A stretch of DNA of 64,000 nt from Tubiluchus corallicola (Eukaryota > Animalia > Priapulida). Position numbers and translations under genes: made by a program. The stretch lies in the NCBI GenBank assembly GCA_030141605.1, contig JAQGDQ010000077.1:62001-126000 (forward strand), written 5' to 3'. Below, in pieces: positions 49,768 to 62,636 of this stretch (the first letter of the stretch is position 1; each line of letters opens with the position of its first letter). The notes beneath the pieces were generated by a model. It was given only the letters and a program-made list of their open reading frames with translations, had not been told where the DNA came from and made no database searches.

Positions 49768-52109
49768 TATATTGCATATAATACAGCCAAATTATGAATA
49801 ATTTATAAATGCTCATATGTAGGTTAATATTTCTGCTTTTATAAAAAATCTGCACTTATTATTCTATCAAAATTAATATTTCCATTTCAAGTTGCTTTAA
49901 CTGTTACCTCTTGTAGAAGGTGTACCTGTTTGTAATTATATTGCACACTGATTATGCACTTACCAGTATCTCAAATGTAGAGTTAATAATTAATATATTT
50001 GATAAATATCTTTTTCACAGTACATGGCGAGTTATGTCATGATTTTGTATGATCAAATGTGTCATTACCAGATTTGACTTTAATACTGATACATGCTCTG
50101 GTGGCATCATTGTCGAACTTTATTTGACTGTTTATATTACCTCGTATATATAGAGTCCAAGAGAATGTACATATTAGAACATGGCCAATACCTCTGGCTC
50201 TAAACTGCCAATTCAGCTTCTCATCTTTATGAGAATATATTAATGGTCTGTTGCTCCAGTCACATCATAAAAACCTGGACTTTAAGATCTCCGGCGTGCA
50301 GTATGCCATTATGTATAAAAGTTGACCCTTCTGGGCTTCTTTGTTGGCTCAAGCTATAGGAAAAGGATATTCCTGAGGATGAACATTGAATTATCCAATT
50401 CAGTTAATGCAGTCTTCTTCTTTGGCTTTGCTTACCTCCAAGCTAGGCCCTTCTTCATTATATACAGGCCGTATTTTATCAGGGCATTTAATTAATACAT
50501 ATTAGATTCCCCTAGAAGAAATGTCTTTGAAAGGTGTCAGTTTCATTAAATTTTAATATTTTATTTTATCACACTTTAATGTACTCTTGACTTACCATCT
50601 TTAGGTAATATGAAATAAAAACTAGTCATTGGTGTCACGGTAGCATTATTGATCTAAGGGCATTTATGACGATGTAATTTTGTTAGAGCTATTTTTTACT
50701 GAGGATGGATGTAGGATCGCCTGGCACAAAGTAGTGATGCGGTTGAAGCTTGGAAAACTGGTTTTAGCCGCTTTTAGCCGGTTTGTTCTCAATGCGCAAA
50801 CAAAGTGGCACTACTTTCTACGAAATCCCAAAACGTAATACCTCTGAATTTAGCTTTAAAAAGTATTGTGAATTGTTGACGTGTTTTTACTCCCCAGTAG
50901 ATCACTTAAGTATTATGTTTGTTTGTTCCGGTGTCGCACTTTCCGTTGTAAATACTGGAGGTGGCAATAATTTTTAGGATTTGTGAAAACTGAGACTTTT
51001 TCTCCGTCTACGTCACCGTCATTTTCACGTCGTTTATGCGCATGCGAAATAAGGGCGCTCTGCCGCGAAACATGGCAGTATAGTAGTGAATGGAGATTTT
51101 TGTACTGAAAAAATCGTCTGTTTTTCAAATGGTGCAACCTCCAATATTTTAGTTGTGCTGAGTTTTATTCAGGCTATCTTTTTATAACAAAAATATAGTT
51201 GCAAAATGCTATACATACTTATTGGTATATAGTAGCTGTTAGTCTTCGTTCTATGAAACAGTCAGAACTTTTGTTTCTTGTCTTGAATCGTTTGTATTAT
51301 TTGACACGGATAAATCTCGGAAAGAAAGGAATTTGCCGGTTGAATTAACCGGCAGAAAGCGAGCCAGGTACTATTTGCTACTTATTTACCTTAATGTTGC
51401 TTTAATTATGTTCTTTGTTTTAAAACTAGCACTTCACTTGAAACTGAAGTGCGACTGTTGGTGCATGATTGCCGGCATATGTATGCTTAGACAAAAATTA
51501 AATGTATCATCCTGTGTCGTATTTTGGACAGACCTTAATTCAGCCGTATATCGAGAAAGTTCACTGAGTCACAACATATATTTTCTGACTGTTTAGCTGC
51601 CTGTGCTGCCGCTGAAATAAACCTAATTGTTGACAAGGTTTCGAGTGGGCAGTTTGGGCATGAAAACAATTAGGCAAGTGATCTAAAATGTGTGACGAAG
51701 CAGACAAGCGCAGAAACTTTCACTCCAAAATTTTGTGTGGTTCTAGTTCTACTTGGTAAGCATGCCATAATAATTATTGTATTGGCATTTTAATTAATGA
51801 AGTAACAACTTCAGAAAGTTACTTTGCAAAAAAGTTTAATAGGTAGAAACTACACTACAGTGTGAGTTTCTATGCAGCCTGATTGTGCAATGTGCTAACA
51901 TTAACTCAAAAATAATACAGTGAGACAAAACCATTTGTGGGTAGGCAACACAAGCTGTAACAGTCGATGAAAAAAGGTAACAGAAAAAATACATTTGATA
52001 AAATTACGCTAATTCTTAGCTATCATTATAAGTATGTTTTAAGGGTTTTACACAATTGCTCTAATTGATGTCCGATGACATTATGAAAAAATTAAGCTTA
52101 TTTACTATT

Positions 52110-52960
52110 CACAATTCATTTTCAAAGGTCGATGATTGGCCATAAAAGTGAGATCGATTCCCAAAACCCCCTTGGGTAACCCCCAAGAATTGGTCCTTGG
52201 ACCAGTTTTATGGTTTGCACTATTACTTTTTTGCTAGTGATACACAACTTTATGTGTCATTTTATGCAGGTAATGCCGATTCGGAATTCGAAGTAAACTC
52301 AAAAATGTGTTACAGAAATTAAATCTTGCATGACTTGCATCTATCTAGCCTTAATGCAAAGGAAACTGAATTACTGTTTATCGACGCTCCTGGGCAATTA
52401 AAAAATTAATTAATTTTAGTATTACAGTTAAAGGCACCACCACTTCGCCCTCTGCAGCAACAAGAAACCTGAGATTGTCTTTTTGATAATAACTTGTTAT
52501 TTGAAAAGTACCTCAATCAGATATGCACCGTTGCCTTTTTCCATCTCAAAAACACCAGTAAAGCAAGATACTTTTTAGACAGAGCCAACACCGAGCAGCT
52601 GGTGCATACGTTTGTTACAACCCACCTAGATTATTCTTTTCTTTTTGGTACGCATGCTTGCTACCTTGGTAAGTTACAACGTGTACAAAATGCTCCTGCT
52701 CGCATTGTAACTAAAACATTGTAACTAATCATGTAACACCAATTTTGGTTGTCCCTCACTGGCTTCCGATTAAATACAGGGAAGATTTTAAAATATTACT
52801 GCTTACTTATAAATGTGTGTACTAACTGGCTCCACCTTACCTTCACGAGTTAATTTCGTGATATATCCCACTCTGCAGTTTGTGTTCAGCAAATTCACTG
52901 AACTCTGTCCAACTGAGAACAAAACTAGTCACTTGTGGAGGATGATCCTTCTCACCTACA
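52110..52960 (+). mobile_element. Decayed L2/CR1-type LINE reverse transcriptase
   Basis: Fragments resembling VLGP, ASDTQLY, LNAKETELL, AFFHLKN, LVHTFVTTHLDY, LQRVQNAPARIV, HVTPIL, HWLPI, FKILLLTYK with frameshifts. Confidence 0.85.
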
Positions 52961-54129
52961 ATGCTCACCTTTTACATGTAGAATGTAAACATAATTATTA
53001 TGTATCTTTTAAGCTTGCCTATTCATGTGTATTCATCCAAAATGTGGTACAGCCAGTGTAGTTTGTCCAATTGTCCGTTAAGGATATGTGAGATAGCGGT
53101 ATGAGAGCACTGAGAAAATGCAGAATGTGAGTCTGGAAGTTGTGGTCCTTTCACAAGAAAAACCAGCAAAGTTAAGTAGGCATATTTGGCAACCTGGCAG
53201 AGTAGCTAATGATTTACTGGCTTGACCCCATATGTATTTATTTATGTTGTGTGAGGAAATGGGTAGAATGTACAAAAATCGAATCTTTTACTTTCCATTT
53301 CTCCCAGTGGCCCTGATTCGAAAATCTTTGTTCAGTGAGATTAGTCAGATAGCACTAGGTTGATATTATATTTGATGTGATATTATATTAGATATCTTCA
53401 TAGCATGAATGACACTGTCCAGCGCAAATACTGAATCAGGTGTTTGCCCATCAATTCACTGACCAACGCCTTTCCTAACTTTAGTTGTTATCAAGCACAT
53501 GTCACAACTGCTCAGCTTTTCTCCTCACCATGTTGCAGACATTGTATTTCTCGCACATGCTGTGAGCATTGGAGATGCATAGGTGTAAGTGTAAGACAAT
53601 AAGTGACATGTTTGGCATATCACATCTCGTATTAAGCTTTCTCTATTCTAAAGTCTTATTTAACATATGCTCTGTTTGCCCTGAAATAGGCTTTTGATCT
53701 TGACCGTCTCGTTTTCTTTAGTTGCAGATGTCAATTTTGATTATTGACAGTAAGTATTTTTAAAGTTCTGCTATCTGCACATACCCAGTTGCAGTTTAGA
53801 GCTGTAGGTCAAAGGTTATTTGCTGTGACTTTAGGAGTGTATCAGACTATAATCACATGATTACACTTGGAAGCACCATAAAAAATTTGGTAGCAAAACA
53901 TAGTCATGCAAGTTCTCTATGTCTAGGGTTTAATAAATGCTAATATCAGAAAAATTAATGACGAAATTAAATTATTTGACTAACAGACATGTAAAACCAA
54001 CATGATGGCTTTTTCCAAAACTTCCCTCCCAAAAAGCAGTTTGCGTTTATAAATAAACATCCCTTCAACCACCACAAGAACAAAAAAGTGTAGTGTTGTT
54101 CCTGTACACAAGTCCATTGTTAACGTTGT

Positions 54130-54618
54130 TAGTGGTTCCCAACCTTTTGTTTACGCGACATATCGCTACCCCACGAAGAACATAATCACATGTTATACTA
54201 TTACACATCATTATCGTTTGGATTTATTAATTTTAACTTACTGTTCAACAAATTATTGAACAATGAGTGATTGTTTCATTAATTCATTCATGTGATGTTT
54301 TTCGACAACCAGTAATGCAACAGCAATAGTTATTCAAGGAGATCTGACGTAAAATGAATAGCATCACGCTTTCGGATGGTGTACACTGTACAATATAACG
54401 CGCATTTTCATTTTCCCGGAAAGTGAAGCACTGGTATTCCACATTTAGAGCGGGAAAACCCTGTTTCACTTTCCAGAACAAAATGATATAATGAGAGACT
54501 GAGGAAACAAGACCCACTTACATTCTTTTCATGAAAACAGCACTTTTTAAAAATAGTTTTTGGACTAGCCCGCGACCCCACGAAAAGTGTTTCACGACCA
54601 CAAGGTTGGGAATCCATG
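54130..54618. mobile_element. hAT (Charlie-like) MITE
   Basis: agtggttcccaacctt ... aaggttgggaatcca inverted termini with cgcgacccca subterminal motifs. Confidence 0.65.
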
Positions 54619-55821
54619 TGTGAGTAGGTACAATCATTGACATTTTCATGATCGTCACGAATCGCTGAACTCTCAATTTTAAGGTTTATTGCATTTGCCT
54701 AAAAATTTCTTAATTTAGTAAAGTTGTATTAATACGATGAATATGTTTTCAGGTTCAGCTGAGATTATAATGTATAAGCATGTGATGTTGAAAAGACTAT
54801 CTACTAACCACTCTTATTAATGTAATTCGCTAATTGTATCAGACTGAGTCAGATATAAGTAAACGGTTTAAGTTTCTTTTACTAAAATTTTGCATAATAT
54901 GTTATTTGTATTATGAGGAAAACCTTAAACAAGATTATAACGTAATCCTTCTTTATGTATTTAAATTGTGGCTCTGCAATTTTTTTATGGCAACTTTATC
55001 AGAAGGTATGTAAGGTGAAACATTAAAATTTTATAAAAGTTTGAATTGACCATGCTTTACTCTATAAAAATTTCAAACAACTTTGAGATGGCCAAGTTGG
55101 ATTCCTTTTGGTTGGTTTCATGTGGAGTGACCTATGTGTTGGATGTCGAATAAAGTAAAAGTAAACCTGTTAATAGCCTTATGCACTTTGCCTGATGTGC
55201 ATGTGGGCAGATAATATTAACTCTACATAGTGTAGTTTACAGATCAAGTTATAATATGTCATTAAAAATTGCATCTGAATGATGCGTAGATACTTGCTTT
55301 TGCTGTAGTGGAGGGACCTAGGCAGAATCGCTAAGCATTGCTGAAAATGTGATTAAAATTACCATGTATTCAAACTAGTGAGTTTTTTTGACAGCAAACT
55401 CACAAGTGTGAACTGCTTTGCAAGTTACTGTCGGCAAGTTACTGCAAACTTTCCCCTAGTTGCTGCAAGCTGATTTCCTACGAGTTACTGTCTAGTGTGA
55501 ATGCCTCGGTGAGTTACTTATCAAATTTTTTGCAGTGAATAAAAATTTGAGTGTCAGCTTGCACTTATTGTTGGAGAGTAGCTTGCAGCAAGTTTTACTT
55601 TCTATTCGGAACATGCTTGCGAGTTCCTTGGGGTTGAAAACTTGCTATTTCAAGTGCATCGTCACACAGTATTTTGCTGTTTTTCCAGCAACCACATAAG
55701 AAGTTAAGTCCATACAAACATGACATAAATTAAGAACATTTTTGCCAAGTAGTGATTTCAATCTATGAAGATTATAACATGTTTTTAGTATGCTAATTAA
55801 TTGTTTTTGAATTTGTTTCAG

Positions 55822-55929
55822 TCTGGACGACATAGTTTTGGGCCTAAACTCCCCCGATTCTGGTTCTCATACCAAAGCTAAGGCAGCTAGTTCCAAAGAG
55901 GGAAAGTTCAAAGCAGGTTCTTCACGACG
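55822..55929 (+). CDS. ATRX: Probable ATRX early coding exon
   Basis: tttcag|T...CG|gtattg, phase 2-2; open and in frame with the 57286 exon (SSR-RKPKV). Confidence 0.6.
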
Positions 55930-57285
55930 GTATTGATTTTAGCTGCAGAATAGTATTTTATTTATCATTGTACACTAAGATATTCCTTGAAAATTGATTT
56001 TTGAGTTTTTCATTGACTACCCGAAAATGATGATCTATGAAGAAAGACCTATGACAAACTGTTATTTGTTTTCGACAGTATTTAGAGGCTGCTATTAAGC
56101 CACAGTAATTCGTAGTGTATCGTAATTACTGAAGTCTTTAAGAAGTACCAAAATTCACTAGCTGTCAATTATTACTTATTATGTTTGAGCCATTGCAACT
56201 TGCAAGCTGTTCATTAGACAACAAATTGTGATTGACTAAGTCTTATAAAGTAATAAACATGGTAGTTTGGTGATTTCCCACATTGACACTTGATGCTTGA
56301 CGTTATTGTGGCTGCCATGCCACAATTTTTTGTAAATTTCTTGTAAGCTAACAAGTTTTCATTAATGTAGCTTCCGTGAGGTCTACATCAGACTGTATTT
56401 TGAAGGAAATGTAACTTTCAAGGTGTGCCATTTTATTGCATCAGCCCAAAACTTGAATTTCTTCTAGAAGGAACTAGAAACTTAGAAAGTTATAAATCCC
56501 TGAGAAGTTTCCAAAACTGCTCTGAAAAAATGTTCCAAAGTGCACAAGTTTGTGATATACATTTGTGAATGAAGAATTGGTGGCAGAGGACTTCTTCAAT
56601 GAGAACATTGATGATAAGACAAAAAAATGGTTGGTAGAGTGAAATAAAAAATGCTGATGTTAATTTTAGGTGAATAATCTAAAAGAAGTTGTATTTAACA
56701 GTTAAATACAAAACTAGGGTGTCACGAAGCTCCGCTAGAACCGTACTTTTGAAACTGAACCCAAATAGAGCTTTGTTTCGATGTAATTTTCTGAAGTTCT
56801 ATGTTACCTTGGATTCAACCAATATGGCAGTTTTTTTAAATTCAAGATCTGTTTAACTTCGACTGCAGAGCATCGATTCATTAGTGTTTATTGCAAAAGT
56901 GATTATACGCTCCATTTGTACCTTTTACCATTTTTACTTTTACCAAATTTTTGTTCAAAATTACTTAATTTGCTGCATTTTTTGATAATTTTATCATACC
57001 TGAAATACGCAAATGTTGCCATATTTAGTTTCAGTGTGTGTCCAAAAGATGGAATCCTATCTGATGCAAAATAAGGACTACCCTATTGTACACTGATAAA
57101 ACGCTTTGGAATTAGGATGGAAAAGCTAGGCATTTTAGACCAAATGTTTACCGGGCATTTAATAGCTAAGGAAAGGTACTGCTTTACAGAGTTGGTAGTT
57201 TAATCACGTTAATTTTTATGTTATTTGTGGTAGTCTGAATTTTGATGTAATTTTTTTTCATGTCTGTGCACTAACTGGGATGCAG

Positions 57286-57500
57286 AAAGCCTAAGGTGAC
57301 ACTGCATAGAAAACCAAGTCTTTCAGAGGAATCAACAACCGAAGTAACAGAAGGATTTCGGGGGAGGAAAATACATGTAACAGGTGTGAACAAAACGCAA
57401 GAGAAGGTTGACCATCGGAAAGGAGAGACTAGCACATTGCCATTGTTACCTAATGGTGACATTGAAATTGACGAAAACGGAAAACCAGTTTTGCCAAAAG
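57286..57500 (+). CDS. ATRX: ATRX exon
   Basis: atgcag|A...G|gtaatg; ends VLPK-G, continuing into the ATRX LPKGTV motif. Confidence 0.85.
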
Positions 57501-57949
57501 GTAATGTGAAAACTTAAAAATGACATAATTCGAATTCGAAATGGCGAGTGTGACTGCATTGTGCTTAAAAAACTATAATTAAGCAACACTAAGAAGGGTC
57601 TGTGAATTGACTGGTAAACACAGGTCTCAATGTTCCCTTTGGGTGGTTCCATTCACCATTTTGATTCAGGCTAGTAGAGCGCAATGTATTTATATCTGAG
57701 CGTGGCTAACACGACTTTGCCGATTCTGTGTCTCGCATTAGAAAATCAACCTTGATAATGAGTGACATTCCAATCTTGCCACACTCATCAACATTATGTA
57801 GATTCTACCTTGAAGTGGTGGATTCCACCTAACAGTGTGTTATGTTCTATAAAATAGGTGTGTGCAAACTAAGGGATGTGCACGAATAATCTTTTTTTCG
57901 AAACCTCGAATGTTTTTACTGTTTGAAATGTTAGAATAATAAAAGACTG

Positions 57950-58440
57950 TTGTTATTATTATTAATTATTATTTATTGGTAATTGTAGCTCTATTGGTAA
58001 GCAAAAATTTCAACAATATACAATAATTTAAATTACGCAAAGTAGTCCCCGTACGAAGGAGACAACATAGTGCAGCATATCACACAGCACAATAATGTAA
58101 ATATAAGTATAAATGTAAGTGTAAGCATTAGTGCTAAACATTACATACCTATGACAACACTAATTATTACAAAATTATATATATATAAAAGTTTTATATA
58201 TAATTTATATATATATATATATATATATATATGTAAGCATTACGAGTTTTGGTAGAGATGGCTTGGGAGGTGAGTTTTAAAAGTAGTTAAGTTAAGGGCA
58301 TTTACGACTTCAAATGGCAAAGAGTTCCATACATTTATTACTCGACATGCAAAACTGTATAAACGAATATTTAGTCAAACTTGTGGCTTTGTAAGCTTTA
58401 AATTATGTCGACGAAGCTTTGTATCATTTAGACAACACAA
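57950..58440 (-). mobile_element. CR1-type LINE 3' end relic
   Basis: Minus strand RHNLKL...IRLYSFACRVINVWNSLP.EVVNA..LTTFK, followed by an AT-rich tail. Confidence 0.75.
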
Positions 58441-60439
58441 AAAGAAGTCTGTAGTAGTCTGCTATTCGATTATCCTATATATTGACAACAAGATGAATGC
58501 CATCATTTCAGTTACGGAGGCAAAAAAACCTTGACACTGAGCCAGCATCATTGTCACGATAAAAACAATCTGCCATTTTTGCTGGCATATGACAGACTAA
58601 AACTGAATTTACAAACCAAAATCGAAACCGAGATTTATGAAACATAGAAAAACGATACCGAAACATTTTTGCAAAACAACTACTATTAAAAGTGAAAAAA
58701 GAAACTTCTAAAATAAGTAAAATATTTGGTTTATTTGCAGTGATGCAAAATTACTGATAAAAAATTCTGATACGGAAAAGACAAGTAAGTTTTATAGTAT
58801 AGAACCTCCAAGTTTGATGGAGTGACTTACCTTAGTAAATGTATTATAATGTTTTTGGATTTAACTACCCTTAATGATTATAATGTATAAAGACCATAGT
58901 GGTTCATTAAAAGTAAACAAATTTTATTTTCGGATATTTTGATGCCTGTATTTCATAAACTATAAAATTAAACGTGATTTTGGTCAAGCAAATTGAATCA
59001 TGATTTGATGCTTCGGTTGATCGAGCCTGGACACCCTAAAACTTCACAGTGGTCAGCACTGGAGATACGCCGCATTGCAGATAAAAGCAAATTACAAACT
59101 GTTATGTAAACGAAAGTTTCATTTTATTTGAACTAACTTAGCTAAGATTTTTCAGCAGTTTTTGACATCTAGGAGAAAAGAAAAGATAAATTCGTTAAAT
59201 ACTAGTAAACATCACAAAAAATGCTGCAGAAAATTATCTGAAATTTCAGCTATGAAATTTAGTATGTTTTGCCGAAATCGAAGCTTAACCAAAAGTGCAA
59301 TTATTGGAAAACCGAAATGAAATTTTCGTATGCACATCGGTAACATCCGTGATGGCAGAAAAACGATCATTCAACTCAGCACCTGATAAATTCACTGGGA
59401 AATCGAGTATACTGCTGCCTGCCCATATTTAGTGACTATTCTGGCATCAAAGGCTTAGGTGTGGGTCTTGTGGGAACATTTTGAAAAAGGTTCACTCAAA
59501 CACTGTAGAATATTCACTTCATAAAAACAAAGTAAGTTATCAAAGCTCAGCAAGTTCTATGTTAACTTATTTACATGTATAGCTCATTTTCAACTTCATC
59601 GTGCAGCAATTAACAGTCCAGGCAAGAGCATGGATACATGTTAATTTGCCTGCCAGGCTTAGCTAGGGGTTGTGTCTTAAGAATAACGGAGTTCAGCCAA
59701 GACAAGAGCGTGGGTGTAGATTTATCATTCCAGCTCATCAATTAACATGCATAGCGATGCAGTAACTGCTGCACTGCATTTTTTGTTTATCTGTTTCCAC
59801 TTCTGGGCACCACGTGAGCATGGATGGAAAATATCCCAGGGTGGAACGTCAAATGTTCGATTATTCGAACAATTTTTTCCTGGAATATTCGAAAAATAAA
59901 TTATTTGAAATTCTGTCCCTTACTGCAAACACAGACGTGTGTGTTTCTTCGCCTCTCTGCCCTCAGAATGCAATTCGTAAAGAATTTGTTATATTGTCAT
60001 ATTTGAGACAAATGCTGTTGTCGTATGTGAGACAACAGTAACATGCTTATTTTCTCACATTTAAGGCTTTATTTGTTTATTTTTGTTGGTGACAAATGCA
60101 TAAAATAATGAGCAAAGTTTCAAAGTTCCTGCAACCTTCGATGCTTTTTTGCTAATTAAATTAATTGTGCTTGGACATTTGGCAATTGTATGATGTACGA
60201 TATTGTATAAAGATATGCTTGCATCTACAGCCGGTAACTTAACTTCCATGTGCAATATATAACTGGACTGTGCTTCATCATTCTGTTGATACACAATACT
60301 GGCTTTCTGGTATTAACTGAATGTAAAAGTAGTAAGCATTATAGTGCCAAGTAGTAGTATCTTCGTGACACGATAATGTACATAACTATGTCAACCAGTT
60401 ATTCAAAACAAAAGCAGGTTATAAAGATTATAATTGTTA

Positions 60440-60905
60440 TTGATGTCATAAAAATCCTACTAATTAATACATTTTTAAATTTCTATTAGAAAAGTTCAAC
60501 GCTTCTACTGCACATTAGTAGTCATCGTCAGGAAACATAAAGAATGATTTAAAATTCAGAAACAAAACAAAAACATTACGACAAAACTACAAGTATCAAT
60601 GGAAGCAATAGTTGTAGAAAAGAAACAACAAAAATGTAATCTGCCATTAATATTTAGACAGCAAAATGTTCAAGATTTTGCTCCATAGAATTAATTATTG
60701 ACGATAGATTACATTTTTTCTGCGACTATTATTTCTATAGCTACTCTATAGTAATTTCCATAGTAGTTTTATTATGTTTTTGTTTTCTGAATTTTAAATC
60801 ATTCTTTATATGTTTCCTGACTATTACAGTCAGTGTGCAGTACAAACATTGAGTTTTTCTAATAAAAATTTAATAAAATTTATTATATAGTGAGTTTTTT
60901 ATGAA
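60440..60905. repeat. Foldback element (about 200-bp imperfect arms)
   Basis: gtcaggaaacataaagaatgatttaaaattcagaaa vs tttctgaattttaaatcattctttatatgtttcctgac, with pairing extending both ways. Confidence 0.85.
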
Positions 60906-61256
60906 GTATGTTATAAGTGTAACTCACCGCCAGATGTAATCTCCCATGGTCGAATACAAGTGTCCTTTACGTTAATGTGTATTATCGGATTTTATAGGCG
61001 ACATGGCTTCTCTATTTTTGCTGGACGTGTTCTTTGACTGTCATTTTGCAAGTGTTGTATGATAAATTAATAAAGAGTTTAGCATGCTTGTTTATATCCA
61101 AGTCACAGCAGACATTAATGATCAGTGAGAATGAGAGTTGAAAGTACAATGGTGAATATTCTCCCTTTAAATATTGTGAGCTTAGTGACAATTTAGTGAA
61201 GAGATAAGAATTCGGGTCACTAAAGAATTTTAAAGCCTCTGTATGATCTGTTACAG

Positions 61257-61352
61257 GTACAGTTTTGGTAGAACCTGAAGCGGTATCCGAATCGGACGAA
61301 TTGGAGTTTAAGGGTCCTGAATTTGGCAGGAAATCAAAAGCATTTAGTTTTG
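61257..61352 (+). CDS. ATRX: ATRX exon
   Basis: ttacag|GT...G|gtaatt; GTVLVEPE...EFKGPEF matches ATRX GTVIVQPEP...DFKGPEF. Confidence 0.93.
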
Positions 61353-61966
61353 GTAATTACTCTACTGGTGAGATTTAATTGATTTGAGTAAGCAGAAATA
61401 ATTAATTTTAGGCTGGATACTGATGGGTCTTCAGTAAGATTCAGTAAAAGTCCTATTCTTTGTACGAACGCTTTAAAATAATTGTAAATTATATTAAAAA
61501 TTGACATTTATATAAGTATATACTAGTAAGACGTTTTTTGTAGTGTTTACAAGGAGTTTTAAGATGTGTCCTGTGTAATTGCTTGTAGTTTCCTGCTTTT
61601 TTCTTTTCTAAAAGATTCATTATTATCACTCCTTATTATCGCAAACAGGCATTATAATCATTCATTATCATTTCTATTCTCTAAAATGTATTTCTAGTTA
61701 TAGAGCAGCAGTAGTAATGATTTTATTTTCTAGAGCTATTTTTTCTTCCTGTTTTTGTTATGAACACAAATTCTTTATTTCTAATTGTGATTGAAAAGAC
61801 TTCAAATTGAAATCAAAATTAAACTTAATAGCTACCAATCATTGTTGGACCTGCTTGACTTAGATAAGCTTACACGTTTAGTCGTATGCCGTCAGTATTT
61901 TGTTTATGCATATTTTGATTACATTATCGCTGTCTTAAAGATTAATAAAGAGTTTCCGTATTTTAG

Positions 61967-62076
61967 ATGATCCTCTAACCAGCACTGTATATTGTACAGT
62001 ATGTTCAGACCAAATTATTCTGGTACCTGTGAACTGCGCTAGACGACATCCTGCTCTTAACGTACTTGTGTGCAAG
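61967..62076 (+). CDS. ATRX: ATRX exon (ADD domain, GATA-like finger)
   Basis: ttttag|AT...AAG|gtgaag; VYCTVC...RHPALNVLVCK. Confidence 0.94.
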
Positions 62077-62636
62077 GTGAAGTGATTTATTTTAGTGGTT
62101 ATTTAAATAGTATTAGTAAATTCTAGCTTGTTGGCAAGATTTCTTGTACTTCAACAGTGAAAAGAAATATGTTGAACACTTGATTGCGGTTTAGGTATAG
62201 TTACCAATGATAATCACTTGTTGAAATATTTTTAAAGTTGCACCTTTTTTCAATTCGGCAATATCATGTGTGCTTACATGAATCGCTCACCAGGAATTTC
62301 TTCGTTAGAATAGTGCAATATCGTTGCAAATGCACAGTTAACACAAAGTGAATCAGCTGAAGCAACAAACACAGAAAAGACATTTACTGCCAACATTTTT
62401 GTAACACGTAGCTGCAAATTAGTTTTATTATTAGATTTCAGTTGTAACAGAAACTTGCAGCAGACAACTTTTGGTAAATACTCCAGAACGATTAGCCTAA
62501 TAATGACAAGAAAGTTGGTAAATATGACACTGTCTGCAAGAGCTGCACTTTTACTGTAAGCATTGTCGTGTATAATTTGAGGAATTTGTGCAGAATGTGA
62601 TTTGATTTTTTAAATAAATCATTAATTTTATTTCAG

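Noticed and set aside
48986-49855. Leu/Ser-rich and YVCM-repeat ORFs
   Set aside because: Translations of the GA-rich tract and (CATA)n.
50069-50353. In-frame TAA codons suggesting a TAA=Gln genetic code
   Set aside because: A TGA is also in frame, and neighbouring genes end at a standard TAG; decay or chance is more likely.
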